Assembly: GCF_016433145.1 (NCBI RefSeq)
Contig: NC_058130.1
Coordinates: 596,459,840-596,523,839, forward strand
Direction: 5' to 3'
Length of the DNA: 64,000 nucleotides
DNA from: Gracilinanus agilis
Taxonomy: Eukaryota
Shown here: piece after piece, positions 24,661 to 38,170 of the stretch
Layout of the letters: each line of letters begins with the position of its first letter
How positions within the stretch are numbered: position 1 is the stretch's first letter
Translations under genes and position numbers: made by a program
Notes under the pieces: generated by a model
Seen by the model: the letters and a program-made list of their open reading frames with translations, nothing else
Databases searched by the model: none
Told to the model about the DNA's origin: nothing

Positions 24661-26049
24661 GGAAAATTATGGGGGAACAAATTCTTACTCTTATAAAATT
24701 TTCTAAGGCAGAGTAAGTTCTTGGAAAAACCAGACTATACAAACCTTCTTCTCCCTTCTCTATTTTTCTGGGTCATCTCACTGCTAATCTCAGTTCAAAT
24801 CCCATCTACTCTGTCTTCCTATGGAATTCCACATGGCTGTAAACCCTTCCTTCCTAGACATCTAGGTAAGTCAGTGGATAGAATATGGGGCTGGGACTCA
24901 GGAAGACTTGAGTTCAAATCCCACTTCACTTTCAAACTAGCTATTTGACTCTAAGCAAGTCATTTGACCTTTCAGCCTTAGTTTCCTAATACTTAACATG
25001 GGGGTATTGGCTTTGATGACCTCTAAGTTTCTTTCTGGCTCTAAATTTATGATCCTCTGAATTTATATCACACTTTTCATACAGCTTAGAATTTCTTGTA
25101 TTGAGTTGCTAATTAACTCTTTGTGCATTTAATATATTGTCTCCTGAAAGACTGCATGAGCTCCTTGAATTAAAAAACTATGTTTTTATATATCCTTGTT
25201 CCCTTCTCATTACCTACTTATTATATTGCCAAGGATATTAATGAGAGTAATTATTAATGGTTGATTGATTGAAAATAAAGACTCTTTTGACTGAGGAACT
25301 TCTTATATTCCTAGAATAAGCCTTATGCTTTTCCAATCTTTGCATTGTAAGTTTAGCAAAAAGTTCAGGAGTCAAAATATCTGAGAGTTCTGTTTTTCTG
25401 TTATTAACTTCTTGCTGTGTGACCTTAGGAGAATAACGTCACGTGTCTGACCCATCATATTTCTCATTTGGAAAATAATAGCTTTTGACTAGATTATGTG
25501 TAAGGTCCTTTCAAACTCAAAATTCTATAAATCTCTGCTTTATGATAATGGTAACAGCATATATAAAGTCAAAACTTTAGAAGATGTGACCCTAATTATA
25601 TATAAAAATGTAACATTGTTAATATTTATTGAATTGGCAACAGGAATAGAACTGTCATCAGTAATTCTAAGCTCTGACTGCTCTGTGGATATTTACTGGT
25701 AAAGAAATGGAAACCTAAAGATTTTAAATGATTTGCCAAAAGTAACTCAGAACTCACTATTTGAACAGATTTTCTGCTGTCCTACCACATGCTCTTCTAT
25801 AATTGGTTTCAGAAAACTCAGGCTAGGAAAATAACATGGTGCAGTGGAAAGAATCCTAAACTTGGAGTGGGGTGGCCTGGGTTCAAATTCTTCCTCTGTG
25901 CTTTTGAATAAATCACTTGACTGATCTCTCTTGAGTTCTGTTTCCTCATGCAAATAATGAAAGGACAGGACTAGATGATATGTAAGGGATCTTGCCAGGT
26001 TTACATTTCTGATCTTACCATATATGAATAAGGCATAATCAACTAGTGT

Positions 26050-27640
26050 CATTCCTGGAAGCTGTTAACTTCTTATGCATAGAATCAACTTAAAAAAGGT
26101 GAGTCATACAAAATTGAAAGAATTTTTTCATTCCATTTCCTGTAGGGAATATAGACTGTGATCACATGTAGAAAATGTATTTTCTCTTATTCATGAATTT
26201 ATTTCAGAATTTCACTCAAAAACCCATCAACTAGTAATATCCCATGTCTGACCCCAGGGCATGCAAGGGCATTCAAGGCTAAAAAAGTCAGCAGATATTT
26301 ATTTGGTACACCTGCATGAAATTCCCAAGGACTCACTTTTCTTTTGCTCAAGAACAAAGTATGAGGCCATTACACTGGCTGTGTGGCAGGCCTTGTTGCA
26401 GTTTAGGGTCCCTATTTGCACATTGCTGTTCTTTTAGGCAACTCACAAAAGGTTTTCCATGCAGCCATTTTTAATTGGACCAGTCTTCATTCATATGGTA
26501 TGAATAACCCTAACAAATTGTTTTGAACTGCATGTCTACCTTCTTGTGTTCCAACTCTTTGGTCCACTTTTTTTCTCTGTTGTCTTTTCCATATGGTTCA
26601 AAAAAACACTATGTGGAATGCCTTTCTCCAGTGTGCCCTTTTGATTCCCAGAATCCTTCAGAGGGCCTTAACTCTGTAACCATTACCTGATCATGGCTCT
26701 TTCATCTAGGATTAGGTTTTGTACTTCTATTGATCCTCCTCTATGGGGCTGAATGTAGTAAATGAACCTCCAAACTCCCAACAAATTTGCATGTAATTGC
26801 CTGTCTAGTACCAAGCCCTGAATGCTGGGGTTAGAAGAATACCCTGGCATTAATAGAGCCAAAAATGTTTTCTTCTTTTTTTTTTTTTCCTTTCAGAAGC
26901 TCTGATCTTTTGTAACTTTGGCATATATGGAAAGATGCTGAAAGCTTTGTCAGGTTTGAGAAAGTAGGGAAATCTCTGGAAATTACCATTGTGCTGTCTA
27001 AATCCCACAGCACAAATGATTCCCTTTCGAATGGGTCTAGAACTGGCACTAACCTCTTTTTGGCCACTGGGAAGTATTAACTTAATTTCACATGTCATGA
27101 AAATGGAACTAAAATTCTCTAACACTGCCCCTTCTCTTCCCTTACCCCTTTGTTCTAGTTTTTTTAAATAGAGATTTCTACATAATGATTTAAAAATAAA
27201 AGAAACTTTAGGTTATCCTTAGAATTTTATATCAAGATTGTTTGTGAATTTAACGATCCTCCATATTGGAGAGGTTATTGTCACATTCCTTTGAATCAAA
27301 ACTCATTGTTACTTGTCAGTCAGATTTTCTATTTAATGTGTAACGTACCAAGTCAGACACTTTGGGGATTCTCTTCCGATCTGTCACAGGTGAACAAGGG
27401 ATGGAATTTTTAAAGCAAGTGTAAAGAGATGCTATAGTACATAGTTTGATTCTTTTCTTTGCCACACAGCTGATAACTGAATTTCAATAACACAATACCT
27501 AAAAGTATAGATTCTCATTCTTTTGGCAGTCACAGTGTCCTATTCTTTGATTTTCCAATTTATCCACATATAACCCACTGTCCAAAACATATTAAGCAAT
27601 ATAAAATATTGAAATTTTTTAAAGTAAGGTAGGTTTAAAA
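26050..27640. promoter_or_regulatory. Repeat-free island of about 1.6 kb, putative conserved non-coding DNA
   Basis: No recognisable repeat. Contains a strong plus-strand acceptor at 26896 and two minus-strand GTGAG donors. Confidence 0.3.
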
Positions 27641-27669
27641 TTAATTTGTTTGGAAATAATTAGATATCA

Positions 27670-27880
27670 CCTAAGGTTGAGAATTATTATTTTATTTTAT
27701 TTTTACCAATTACATGTAATAACAAATTTCCACATAAGTTTTCTGAAGTTATATGATCCAAATTATCTCCCTCCTTCTTCCCTTTCCCTGCTCCCAGAGC
27801 TGGCAAGCAATTCAATCTGGATTATCTATGTATTATCACGCAAAAAATATTTCCATATTGGTGAACCATTATTTTAGAGT
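27670..27880 (-). mobile_element. L1 3' terminal fragment
   Basis: tttaccaattacatgtaataacaaatttccacataagttttctgaagtt...catatt, a marsupial L1 3' end. Confidence 0.75.
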
Positions 27881-29154
27881 AAACATTTTTGCTTCTTATA
27901 CTTTTGAATTCTTATGGAATACCTCACAAAATCCTAGAATATGAGCTGGAAGGAACTTTAGAAATCAACTTCTTTAACATCTTTGGTGAGGAGAAATGAC
28001 TCTTTGAAAAGGACAGGATAATATTATCATGGGATTTAAGTCTGTACAGTGGTTGCAGCCTCCCACAATTGTGTTATTGGGACTGGTGCATGGGCAGAGA
28101 GCCTCTGACACTACTTGTCAGATGGGTGAAGCTGGAGAGACTGTTCATCAGGCAATCCTCCTGAATCTGGATATGAACGTGGTGGGACAAAGGTTATGTA
28201 AAAAAGGAGCTAAGCCTAAACACTCCTGTTCTCAGAAACTGAGGGGGTAAAGAGGAAGGTGTTCCTCCAATCTACTGGGGGTGGGTTGGGAAGGTTTTAC
28301 TCTTGTTGTGCATTTATCCTGGAATGAAATATCCCTTTGAAAAAGTTGCATAGGAGTGGGAGCACTACATTGTGGTGGCTAACAGTAAGGAAACATAGTG
28401 GGTGTTCCACCCGATAGTATCAGATAAAGATCTGATATATACCTCTCAGGGATCTCAGAACTCCTTATCCTAGAAGAGTGAAGGTACCAGGAACTGGAGA
28501 CATTTGCTTTTCCTGTTAAATTAGGAATGATGATGAAGTCTGAAAGCTAAAAAAATACTTTGGAACCATTGAGAGAACTTATTAGTATATTATGATACTT
28601 ATGTGTAAAGTTTGGAAATATTTTTCTAAATGATACTAATGATGATAGTGATAAAAAGCCATACTTGGCAATGGCCCTTTCAGAGGATGACTAAATTTTG
28701 GATACTGTTTTCGGAAGGTAGTATCTCTAAGAAGGGTTGGAGTTAAGCCGTTCTTAAATCTACATCCTCTTTTTTATTCCCACTCTTGCTACTCTAATTC
28801 AAAAAATTTCATCTTCACATCTGTTCTTTATTTAAGATTAATAAGATCAGGTTTTGTTCTTCTTCCAATCAAAATTCTTCAGTAGTTCCCTAATTTGCAC
28901 CAAATATTGTAAGGTATTTGAAGTCCTCTGCCAACATCTGGTAGCCTTCTCTAACCTTTTACCTTCAGCTCACATAATCTCCTCAGTAAACTGAGCTACT
29001 TGACACCTTTAAATGCATTCCACACTGTGTGACTTTTATACCCCTGTTTGTGCCACCTCCTATGTTTGGGATACCCTCTTACCATTTCCAATTGTAAAAA
29101 CCATATCTATTCTCTAAAGCCTAGAAGAAACTTGATTTCATTTCTAGTCCTCTA

Positions 29155-29425
29155 TTTACTAGTGGTCAATGGACAGAGTGCCGGGCCTGAAATCAGGAAG
29201 AATCAGTTTCCTGAGTTAAAATCTGGCCTCAGACATTCACTGGCTATGTGACTCCTGCGCCATCACTTAACCACCATTTGCCTCAGTTTCCCCATCCATA
29301 AAATAGAGTTAATCATAGCCCTTTCTTCCCAGGGATACTGTAAGAATGAAATGGGATAATAATAAAGAACTTAGCTCAGTGCCAGGGGCCAGAGTCAACC
29401 CTAGATAAATATTAGTGATTACTAT
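29155..29425 (+). mobile_element. MIR SINE
   Basis: ggacagagtgccgggcctgaaatcaggaag...cctcagtttccccatccataaaatag...cttagctcagtgcc. Confidence 0.75.
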
Positions 29426-30263
29426 TAGCAGAGCCAGAAATAGAACACAGCTCTCTAAACTTTTAGTGTTGTCATCTCTCATCTGCACATTTATCTACTT
29501 CTAATAAAAACATTTAAAGGGACATAGTTGCAACTGTGATTTCACCTACGTTTGAGTCTTGGTTATAATGAAGTTCTCATGTAATCAAAATCAACCTAGT
29601 GTAGTGGAAAGCACATTGGGCAGGACGATGTGAAATCTGCTTTCTATTCTTGGTTTTGCCACTAACTAGATGGACCTCAAATTTTTTTTTCTTGTGTAAA
29701 ATGAGGAAGGTTGGATTAAAGATCATCTTTATGTAAACATCGAGAATTACATACATTAAATACATAATGAGATAATGTATGCAAAGTGCTTTTTAAACAA
29801 GTGAGTACCATATAAATGTCAGCTATTATTCCACTTCTGTGATTCTATGAACAATCTGAAAAATTCCTTTTGTATCTACATGGGAACAATGGAGAGCTTC
29901 AGTCTTATTTTGTGAATATATCTACAACCTCCCTAGATCATACACAAAGACATTCTTTCCTGAAATTAATTTCTAACTGAATTATCCAAATACATTTCTC
30001 AACTACCTAGTCAGTTGGCAAGAACAGACAGGTCCAAATATATTTGTAACCTTTGGTTTCTAATCAATATGTAATAACAACAACAAAAAACCCTGTTATT
30101 AAATTCTCCTTGAAAGAGTGATATTAAAGCAGGAGATGACTGGACAAGCAAACATATAAGCCTAATAATGTGAAGCATACAATTTATTTTGGCATAGATT
30201 TTAAAGGATGTATTTGATATTTCTAACCTTTTGAATGTATTTATGAGTTATTTATGCAATCAT

Positions 30264-30465
30264 ACAGAGGTCAGCCAACTATGGCTTCAGGGTCAAATCT
30301 AGCCTGCTGCCTGTTTTATGGGGCCTGCTGCCTAAAAATGTGTGTTTTTAAAAAAAATTTTTAAATAAAGTTTTTTACCTTTAAAAATGTAAAAATGATT
30401 CTGAGCTTGTGGGTTATACAAGAATAGACACCAGGCCAGATGCTGACTCCTGGACCAGCACATGA
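30264..30465. mobile_element. MER58-like hAT-Charlie MITE relic
   Basis: cagaggtcagccaactatggc...caaatctagcctgctgcctgtttt...aaataaagtttt, ending gctgactcctg. Confidence 0.55.
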
Positions 30466-30559
30466 TGAACTTTTTGTAAAGGCTCTATGCAATGCTATAA
30501 AGCAGGTATATTTAAAATTAGTATTTGGTCCTAACTTCAAGTCTATCCCATTTAATTTA

Positions 30560-32215
30560 AAAAATATTTTATTCAGATGCTTAACTTCTTTCTTGTCTAT
30601 TTTTGTTAGTTTTACCCATGTCTGAAAGAGGCAAGATTAAGCCCCTAATAATTATCAATTTATGATCCAGGTCCTCTTTTAATTCAGTTATCTTTTCATT
30701 TAAATACTTACAATCTGTGTGACTTAGTGTCTCTATATTTGGTTTTTGTTTATTTTTTCATTTTTAAAACTTTTATTTTTTTTCCAAATTACATGCCTTA
30801 AAACTCATTTCTTGATATTTTGCAATCCATATTCTCTGTCTACTCCTACCCTTTCCCCTCATTAAAAAGACAGGTAATACGATATAGGTTGTAAATATAT
30901 AATCATATGACACATATTTCCATGTTGTGAAATAAACCACATATTGCTTACATAAAACAAAAATTCATAGAGAAACAATATAAAGAATGGTGTTTCAATT
31001 TGTATTTTGATTCTGCTTGTTATGTGTTATTTGGAATTTTATTTTGGTTCCATTGAGAGGTATTTGGGGCTCATTTGAGTTTTAAATATTTAGATATATG
31101 GCAAACTTCCTGTGGACGTTTGAGGGACTTGGAAACTACATTTCCCATGTTTCAATGGGTTTCCAGTTTTGATGTGATGATGTGAGGCAACGTAAAGCGT
31201 AGCTTAAATAGGATGGACTGGTTTGGGACTATCTCTTGGTTTATGTAGGAGAGGTGAGAGGAGGTACAGCAGGGAATTTGAAATAGATCTTATCAGGCGT
31301 GTGGTCACTTTTTATTTTACCAACATGACCTTAATTAAAATATTACTTCTCCTTTTAATTTCCATCTCTATTTATTTTAAATACAACAGTTTGCAAATCA
31401 CTTAATTCTGCCTGCCTTAATTTACTGGAAAAGGAATGGACAAACCACTCTAGTATCTTTGGTTGTGGAGATCCTTTTTTGGTCATGAGTTTCTTGGAGT
31501 TGTCTTGGATCCTTGCCTTGTTGATAATAATTAAGTCATTCACAGTTGATCATCATAAATCAGTGTTGTTATTATGTATAACATTTTCCTGATTCTGCTG
31601 ATTTAATTTTGCATCACTTCACTGAAATATTTCCGGGTCTTTTTGTGATCATATTGTTTGTCATATCTCATGGCATAATTGTATTCAATTACATATTCCA
31701 TAATTCAGTCATTCTCAATTGATGGACATCCTTTCAGTTTCCAATTCTTTGCCACCATAAAAAGAGCTATTATAAATACTGTTTTTGCTTTCTCCCTATC
31801 TTTAGTCTCTTTGGAATAAAGACCTTGTAGTGGTATTGCTGGGTCAAAGGGTATGCACAATTTGATGATCTTTTGGACATGGTTCCAGTTTGCTCTCCAG
31901 AATGAGTTTATCAGTTCACAGCTCCACCAAGCAGTGTATTAATACCTCAATTTTCCCACATCCTTCTATTATTTATCATTTTCCGTTTTTGTCATGCTAG
32001 CCAGTCTGACGAGCATGAGATTTTACCTCAGACTTGTTTTAGTTTGCATTTCTCTAATTGTTAGCGATTTGGAGCATTTTTTTTCATGACTAAAAATAGT
32101 TTTACCTTCTTCATCTGAGAACTGATTGTTCATATACTTTGACCTTTTGTTAACTGGAAAATACTTTGTATTCTCATAGATTTTACTTTGTTCTTTATAA
32201 TGTTGAGCAATGAAG
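30560..32215 (-). mobile_element. L1 fragments (3' UTR and ORF2 3' part) with an LTR-like insertion
   Basis: Antisense L1 text (ggtattgctgggtcaaagggtatgcac, gctctccagaatg, ttgcatttctctaat). Confidence 0.8.
31018..31385. mobile_element. Solo LTR-like segment (about 365 bp)
   Basis: TG...CA candidate termini and ggaaactacatttcccatg, a motif common in ERV LTRs. Flanked by L1 on both sides. Boundaries approximate. Confidence 0.55.
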
Positions 32216-32659
32216 CCTCTGTTAGGGTATTTTTGTTATTGACACTGTTTCAATATCTATTATGCCTTTGGTCATAATGTAGTAATGTCACTACTGCTGT
32301 TTTTGGACTTACCAGAATAAAAATAAGTCCTATTCTAACACAATTTAATTAGGTGAATCTATAGATTTTTGTTTTATTTATTAGAAACAATAAGTTGTTG
32401 GGTATTGCTGTTTACTTCATTTTACCACCCTCTGTGGTTTTATGGGTGAGTTAATCCCATTTACATTCACTGTTATGATTATTTCCCCCTCTATGAAATA
32501 CTTCTATAATTGCCTTCATTGGGGACATTATTCTTGGGTATAAGTGATTTCCCTTTTCTTTTTATTATATAATATACAAATCTTATTTTCTTATTATCTT
32601 TCCCATCACAGCATTAACTCATTCATTTTCTAAACACAGATTCTGGATGAGAATTCTTT

Positions 32660-33350
32660 TTCTATTCTTATAGTCACTCATATTCCTAACCTCAGTGATA
32701 TCTTTGGCTATCATTCTCACTCATGATACATATCTGTATATATTCAGGTGCTAAATCATATAATTTCTATCTCTACAATATTACATGTATATATGTTTGT
32801 GTGAACATATAAACATCCTGTTTTTTCCTCTCACATAGCTACTGCCTTAGTTCAGTACCTTCTCACCACTTGTCTGAACTAGTGCAGTAGCTTTTGATTT
32901 GGACTTATGCAATAAAATTCTCTCCACACGAAGTCATCTTTCACATAGCTACTAGTGATTTTCTTAAGTGCAGATCTTATCACCTGTTATTGAAATTTTC
33001 AGTGGTTATGTATTGCCTTGAAGATAACATCTTATGTTTGAGATATAGTTCTTTACAATCTGGATCCCTTCTAACTTTTCAGACTTTGTATATTTTACTA
33101 CCTCCTTTCACTGTGTGGCCGAGTTATTCTATCCTATTTTGATGTTCTGCATGTCTGACACTCCATCTCCTGTCTTGATTATTGACCTCAACCTCTTAGA
33201 ATCCCCAGTTTTCTTGAAGGCTAAACTCAAACACATTTCCCACCCCAATATTCTTCTCTTGGTAACTGTATCTGTTAATGTATCTCCAAAAATTATTTTG
33301 TATTCATTTTGGATACATTCTACAAGGATATAAAATATATGTATAGTATT
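32660..33350 (+). mobile_element. L2 fragment (3' part)
   Basis: ctactgccttagttcag...tctccacac..gtcatctttc...tgccttgaagataa, typical of L2. Confidence 0.65.
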
Positions 33351-33369
33351 TTTTCTTTGACCTGCAATT

Positions 33370-34050
33370 CTAGAGTTGGTGGTCACATTTTTGATGGTGT
33401 TATATTCAAAATTTCTCCCTGGAAGTGGCACATAGTCTCTCTATCATTATCTTCTGCTTCTTAATACTTCTTATACTTAAAGATAATTTTCTTTGGCAAT
33501 TTCTTGAAACATGACATCCAATTTTTTTTGTCATCTCATTTTTATCACTTTCTTTTGGGACTTTGGCCATTTTAAAATTTCCTGCATATATCTTAATTTC
33601 TATGTACATTTTGTTAGTGGAGTTTGTGAATTTTTCTCCAATTTTTGCTCTCTTGAAGATTTCTCTGTCACTTTTTGACTTCTCAATTCTTTGCTTTCAG
33701 GATGTCCACTACTTTGCTAAAATTTATGAGATTTGTTTCTAAATTATTTTTCTGCTTCCTATTTTTAAAGTTATTTAGTTAGCCATGTCAGAGTATTTTC
33801 AGAGTCCTTATGGTCAATCTATTCAGTATTTTTGGTATCTTAACTGTAGACATTATAGAATTTTTATCTTTTGGAGTTATATCCAGGGATTTTCTTACTC
33901 TATTGTATTTCTCTGTTATTAGAATTCTTCTTTGCTTGTCCATTTCCTTAATTTATCTGCTATCTTATTACCCCTATCTATTTTGTTGGGTAATAACTCC
34001 TGGACTTTCTCTGTTCATGGGTCAAAGACTCTGCTGGAAGTGACACTTAG
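33370..34050 (-). mobile_element. Old L1 ORF1 fragment
   Basis: Antisense ORF1-like text (caatttcttgaaac, ctatttctaaatt). ORF 33406- resembles a degraded L1 ORF1p. Confidence 0.6.
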
Positions 34051-34351
34051 AGGAGACTTCTAGGAATGCTGGACAAAAGCCCCTGATGATTATCTACATC
34101 ACCTATTATTACTTCCAAACTTCGCTTGACTCTTCACTTATGAAAGACACAAGTGTGACGCCCCTTAGGGGGTTCCTGAGATGATAATTTAGGTTTAGAA
34201 TCTAGTAGCACACATGTGCCTGGGTGCCATCAAAGGGTCCTTATGATTGTTTTCTTACTGTCACTTTCAAACTTTTCTTGATGATCCAGCTTCTTCATTC
34301 ACTGCCATACACAGGATGCACAAGTGTCCTAGATTGTGTAGAGCTGATTTT

Positions 34352-34610
34352 TATTGTTGTTCAGTCATTTCAGTCATGTCCAACTCTTAATTACCCTACT
34401 TGACATTTTCTTCGAAAAGACACTAGAGTGGTTTGCAATTACTTTCTCCACCTTATTTTATGGATGATGAAACTGAGGCAAATGGGTTAAATGACTTGCC
34501 CAGGGTCACACAGTTAGTAAATGTCATATAGCTAGTAAATTTGATCTCAGGTCTTCCTGTCTTCAAGCTTAGTGTTCTATCCACTGCACGAGCTATCTAA
34601 CCCACCTACC
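34352..34610 (-). mobile_element. MAR1-type CORE-SINE
   Basis: ttgttgttcagtcatttcagtcatgtccaactc tail, then gaaactgaggcaaat and gacttgcccagggtcacac. Confidence 0.8.
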
Positions 34611-35733
34611 TAATAACTGATTCCTTCATTTGTGTTTTGCATATGTTGGTGGTAGTGCTTTCTCCTATTTTAGTTGTTTTTATTTTATTGAATTTGATGA
34701 TTTTATTATTGTTTTGTTTTGTAGAAAGACCTAGGTTTAATTGGACACTTCAACCTCATCAGCTTTTGGATGTCCTACAGTCATAAAAATAATTTAAAAA
34801 ATAGATATGTCTCCCACTCATAGAAGGTATCAAATTTAACTGTCAAAGTTTCGTGGGCTTCTTTTACAAAAGCCACTCAGTTATTACATTAAGCTTATAT
34901 AGGAAAATTTCTTTTTTTCATCTGTTAGGACTTCTTGCTTATTTGAACTGGAACTAATGTTTCAGACAAGGTGTCATAAAGATGGGCGTGCAGAAATTTA
35001 ATTTATTTCAAATGGGGATATCCATTGCATCTGTTATCAATCAGTCTTACACTCTGGCAAAAGATTTCAGAATGTTCCAGCTCTCTAATCATCTATTGAT
35101 CACACAGATAATGGCCATTGGATATGAAGAAAGAAATGGAAAAATACTTTTTGTTCAACACAATACTATTCAGTATCAAAAAACTCAAAATTAGATGACT
35201 CCAAGGCAGTCAATTAATATCATTTTGACCCTACACTGAAGATTGTTCCATGATCAGATTTGTTATAACATTAGATGAGTTAGATGAAATCTCATAAGAT
35301 ATGTGCTAATTTTATTTCCTCTCATTTAATTACAAGGGAAGCCCAAGATTTTGTTTAGTTAACTGAGAAATCACAGCATTCAATGTGCAATTGTAATGCT
35401 AATTTCTTTATATAAAAAGTGCCTGTTTGTGGCATGGTATGATTGATATTTTGGCAGAACTATGAAGAACTCCAGGAAGAGTGTTTATTATTTAACTGCT
35501 GCATCAGCAGAGAAGGTACAAAGGAAGAAAATGTGATTTGTGAGGACTGTTGAAATGGTGATGGCTCTTGAAATCTGTAAGATTTTCATTCCCAAATTGG
35601 GATAAGTATATCTTCATATTGCAGCTTTGTATATTTATAAATATAAGTAAATATGAAACCATTATATATACACATAATACATATCCATAAACATACATGT
35701 ATATGAAGAAGGAGGGAAAGGAGGGAGAGAAAA

Positions 35734-35734
<1 letters not shown>

Positions 35735-35802
<68 letters not shown>
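35735..35802. repeat. (GA)n microsatellite
   Basis: Direct reading. Explains the SL-repeat ORFs at 35504-35930. Confidence 0.95.
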
Positions 35803-35805
<3 letters not shown>

Positions 35806-37719
35806 AAAGAGACATTGGCAGAAATAATCAGACAGACAGAAAAGTAGGCAATGTACCACAGTGGATAGAAAGCTGATCTAGAGCCTAGTATACATACATA
35901 TATATTCCTGAGTGGCATATACATATACATATATTTTTAAAGACTTATATGGATATATCCTTATAGATATTCACCTATCACTAAGACCAACTCTAAGGTG
36001 TTCCAATGGCCAATATAATACAAAGGATTCTAGACTGACTCAAAGTGTTGTGGATGAGTTCAAGAAGTGTACTATTTATAGAGATCTTCATGGAATTTGG
36101 TTCCTGAGTGACTGGGGGGAGGAATCTAGATTGGAAGTGGATCTTGAAGACATAAGAAGTTTCGAATGAAGGAAGGGGAAAGCAAAACATTCCAGGGGTA
36201 CTGATTATACTATATATGCACATGCAGGTAAAAATGAGCAATTAGCAAGGGTTTTGTAAGGAAAAGTAAGGAGATCAACTTACGTAGACTAACAGTAAAA
36301 ATTGTCATTTTTTCTGAGTAATTGATTATTGAAGCCGCTTAGCAATCAGTCAATAAGCATTAATTATACTTTTACTGTATACTAAGCACTATATTAAATT
36401 TGGAAGGTACAAATAAAGGCAAAAATGTGGTCCCTACTCTCAAATATCACATATTTTAATGGAGACAGAATATAAATAACTAGATGCATACAATGTTGAT
36501 ATATATATATACATATATATATATATATGGAAGGTAACCTGAAAGAAGGATGTATTAGCAGCTGAGGAAAAAAATTTAGATAAATTCATGGATGATGAAT
36601 TCATAATGCATTATTAGGATAAATTAGAAAGTCCAGGAGAGTGGATTCCTAAATTTAGATGTTAATATCAGTGAAGACTACTTTGTGCTCTCACAGAACA
36701 TCCCCAGGTACCCTCATCAAAACATGAATTAGCCTTGTGACTATATAATATTTTTAATTTTGAATATTCTTATGGCTTTGTGACTGTGGCCAATTAAATT
36801 CATTTTTCAGTGACCCAGGAGACTCTCTTAGATTATGAGTTGTAGCTTATGGACCAATCTACAGTGGTAGAAGAAGCTTCCTTGTTGGCGTGTTCTAATA
36901 CCCATGAAATCAAAGGTCTAGTTAAAAAAAATAAAATGCTGAAATAAGTAAAAATGACAGGAAAATGTGTTTTTTATATAAATGACTCATTTAGAATAAG
37001 TAACTTATTTGTGAAAAAGAATAATGGTGTAATGAAGAGATCAGTGTTCCTAGTATCAAAAGAGGTGTACAAATCCCATTGTGGCAGCAAGAAAGGGAAA
37101 GGATCATCAGTAGCACAGATACTCTTCATCATATTAAATACTGGTTTTCCTAGAAGATGAGTAATAATATACTATAAAAGAGTGCAAGATTTAAATTTGA
37201 GGATGTGAATTCAAATTCTGGATCAAAATCACAACCTGTGTGATCCCAGACAAGACACATCAAGATTCTGGGCCTCAGTTTCCTCAGTTTAAAAATGAGA
37301 GGATTGGATTAAATCTTCTCAATGATCCTTTCCATTTCTATGTGAATGGTTTATACGAAGCTTAACCTCTATCTGATCTTCGGTTTTCTCATCTTTAAAA
37401 TGAGGATAAGAATAATATCTGTTTCATTGTGTAATTGTAAGGAATAAATGAAAATATATGTAAGGTACTTTGTAAACCTTCAGCTTTAAAATGTTAGATG
37501 TAGTCTATTATTAATAATAGATGTGACCTTTTATAAATAACAATAAATCTGGCTTCCAGTTATCCTGGACTTTTGAAGGCTTTACCAGTAGAGGACAAAC
37601 TTGGATTATACCAAACTTCATTGCGGGACTAACTGTGGACTATCTGAAGCCCTTAAATGGTACATAATTTACATGGTTACCCCTTAATTATCTTTTTAAA
37701 AATACATCTTAATTTTTAA

Positions 37720-38170
37720 AATACATTTTTAAAAATTTGCTCATTAATTGGGGGATAGATGAAATAAGTTGTGGTATGTAGTTAGTATGGAAGAGTACTA
37801 AGCTATAAGAAATGATATGCAGGTTGATTTTAGAAAAACATGGAATAATAAAGGATGAAAGCATAACCAAGAGAACATTGTATATAGTAACAATAATATT
37901 GTTCAAATAATAAATGTGAATGACTAAGCTATTCAGAGTTATATGAATATTTAAATCAAGTACAAAGGACCTATGAAAGAACAGGTTATCCACCTTCAGA
38001 GGAAGAACTGATATATGCCACTATGTATTGGATAGTTTCATATATATATGTATGTATATACACACACATATATATGTATGTTTGTATATATCTGTGTCAA
38101 ATGTTGACCTTCTCTAGTGTAGAGCTGGAAGGAAAAGAGGAAAACAGCTTGGAACTCAAATGTAGCAATT
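37720..38170 (+). mobile_element. L1 3' UTR
   Basis: gtactaagctataagaaatgat...gaaagcataaccaagagaacattgtatatagtaac...gaagaactga. Confidence 0.7.

Noticed and set aside
26340-26600. Minus-strand segments ending at GTGAG/GTAGAC donors
   Set aside because: The acceptors are weak, one candidate has stops in all frames, and the peptides are unrecognised.
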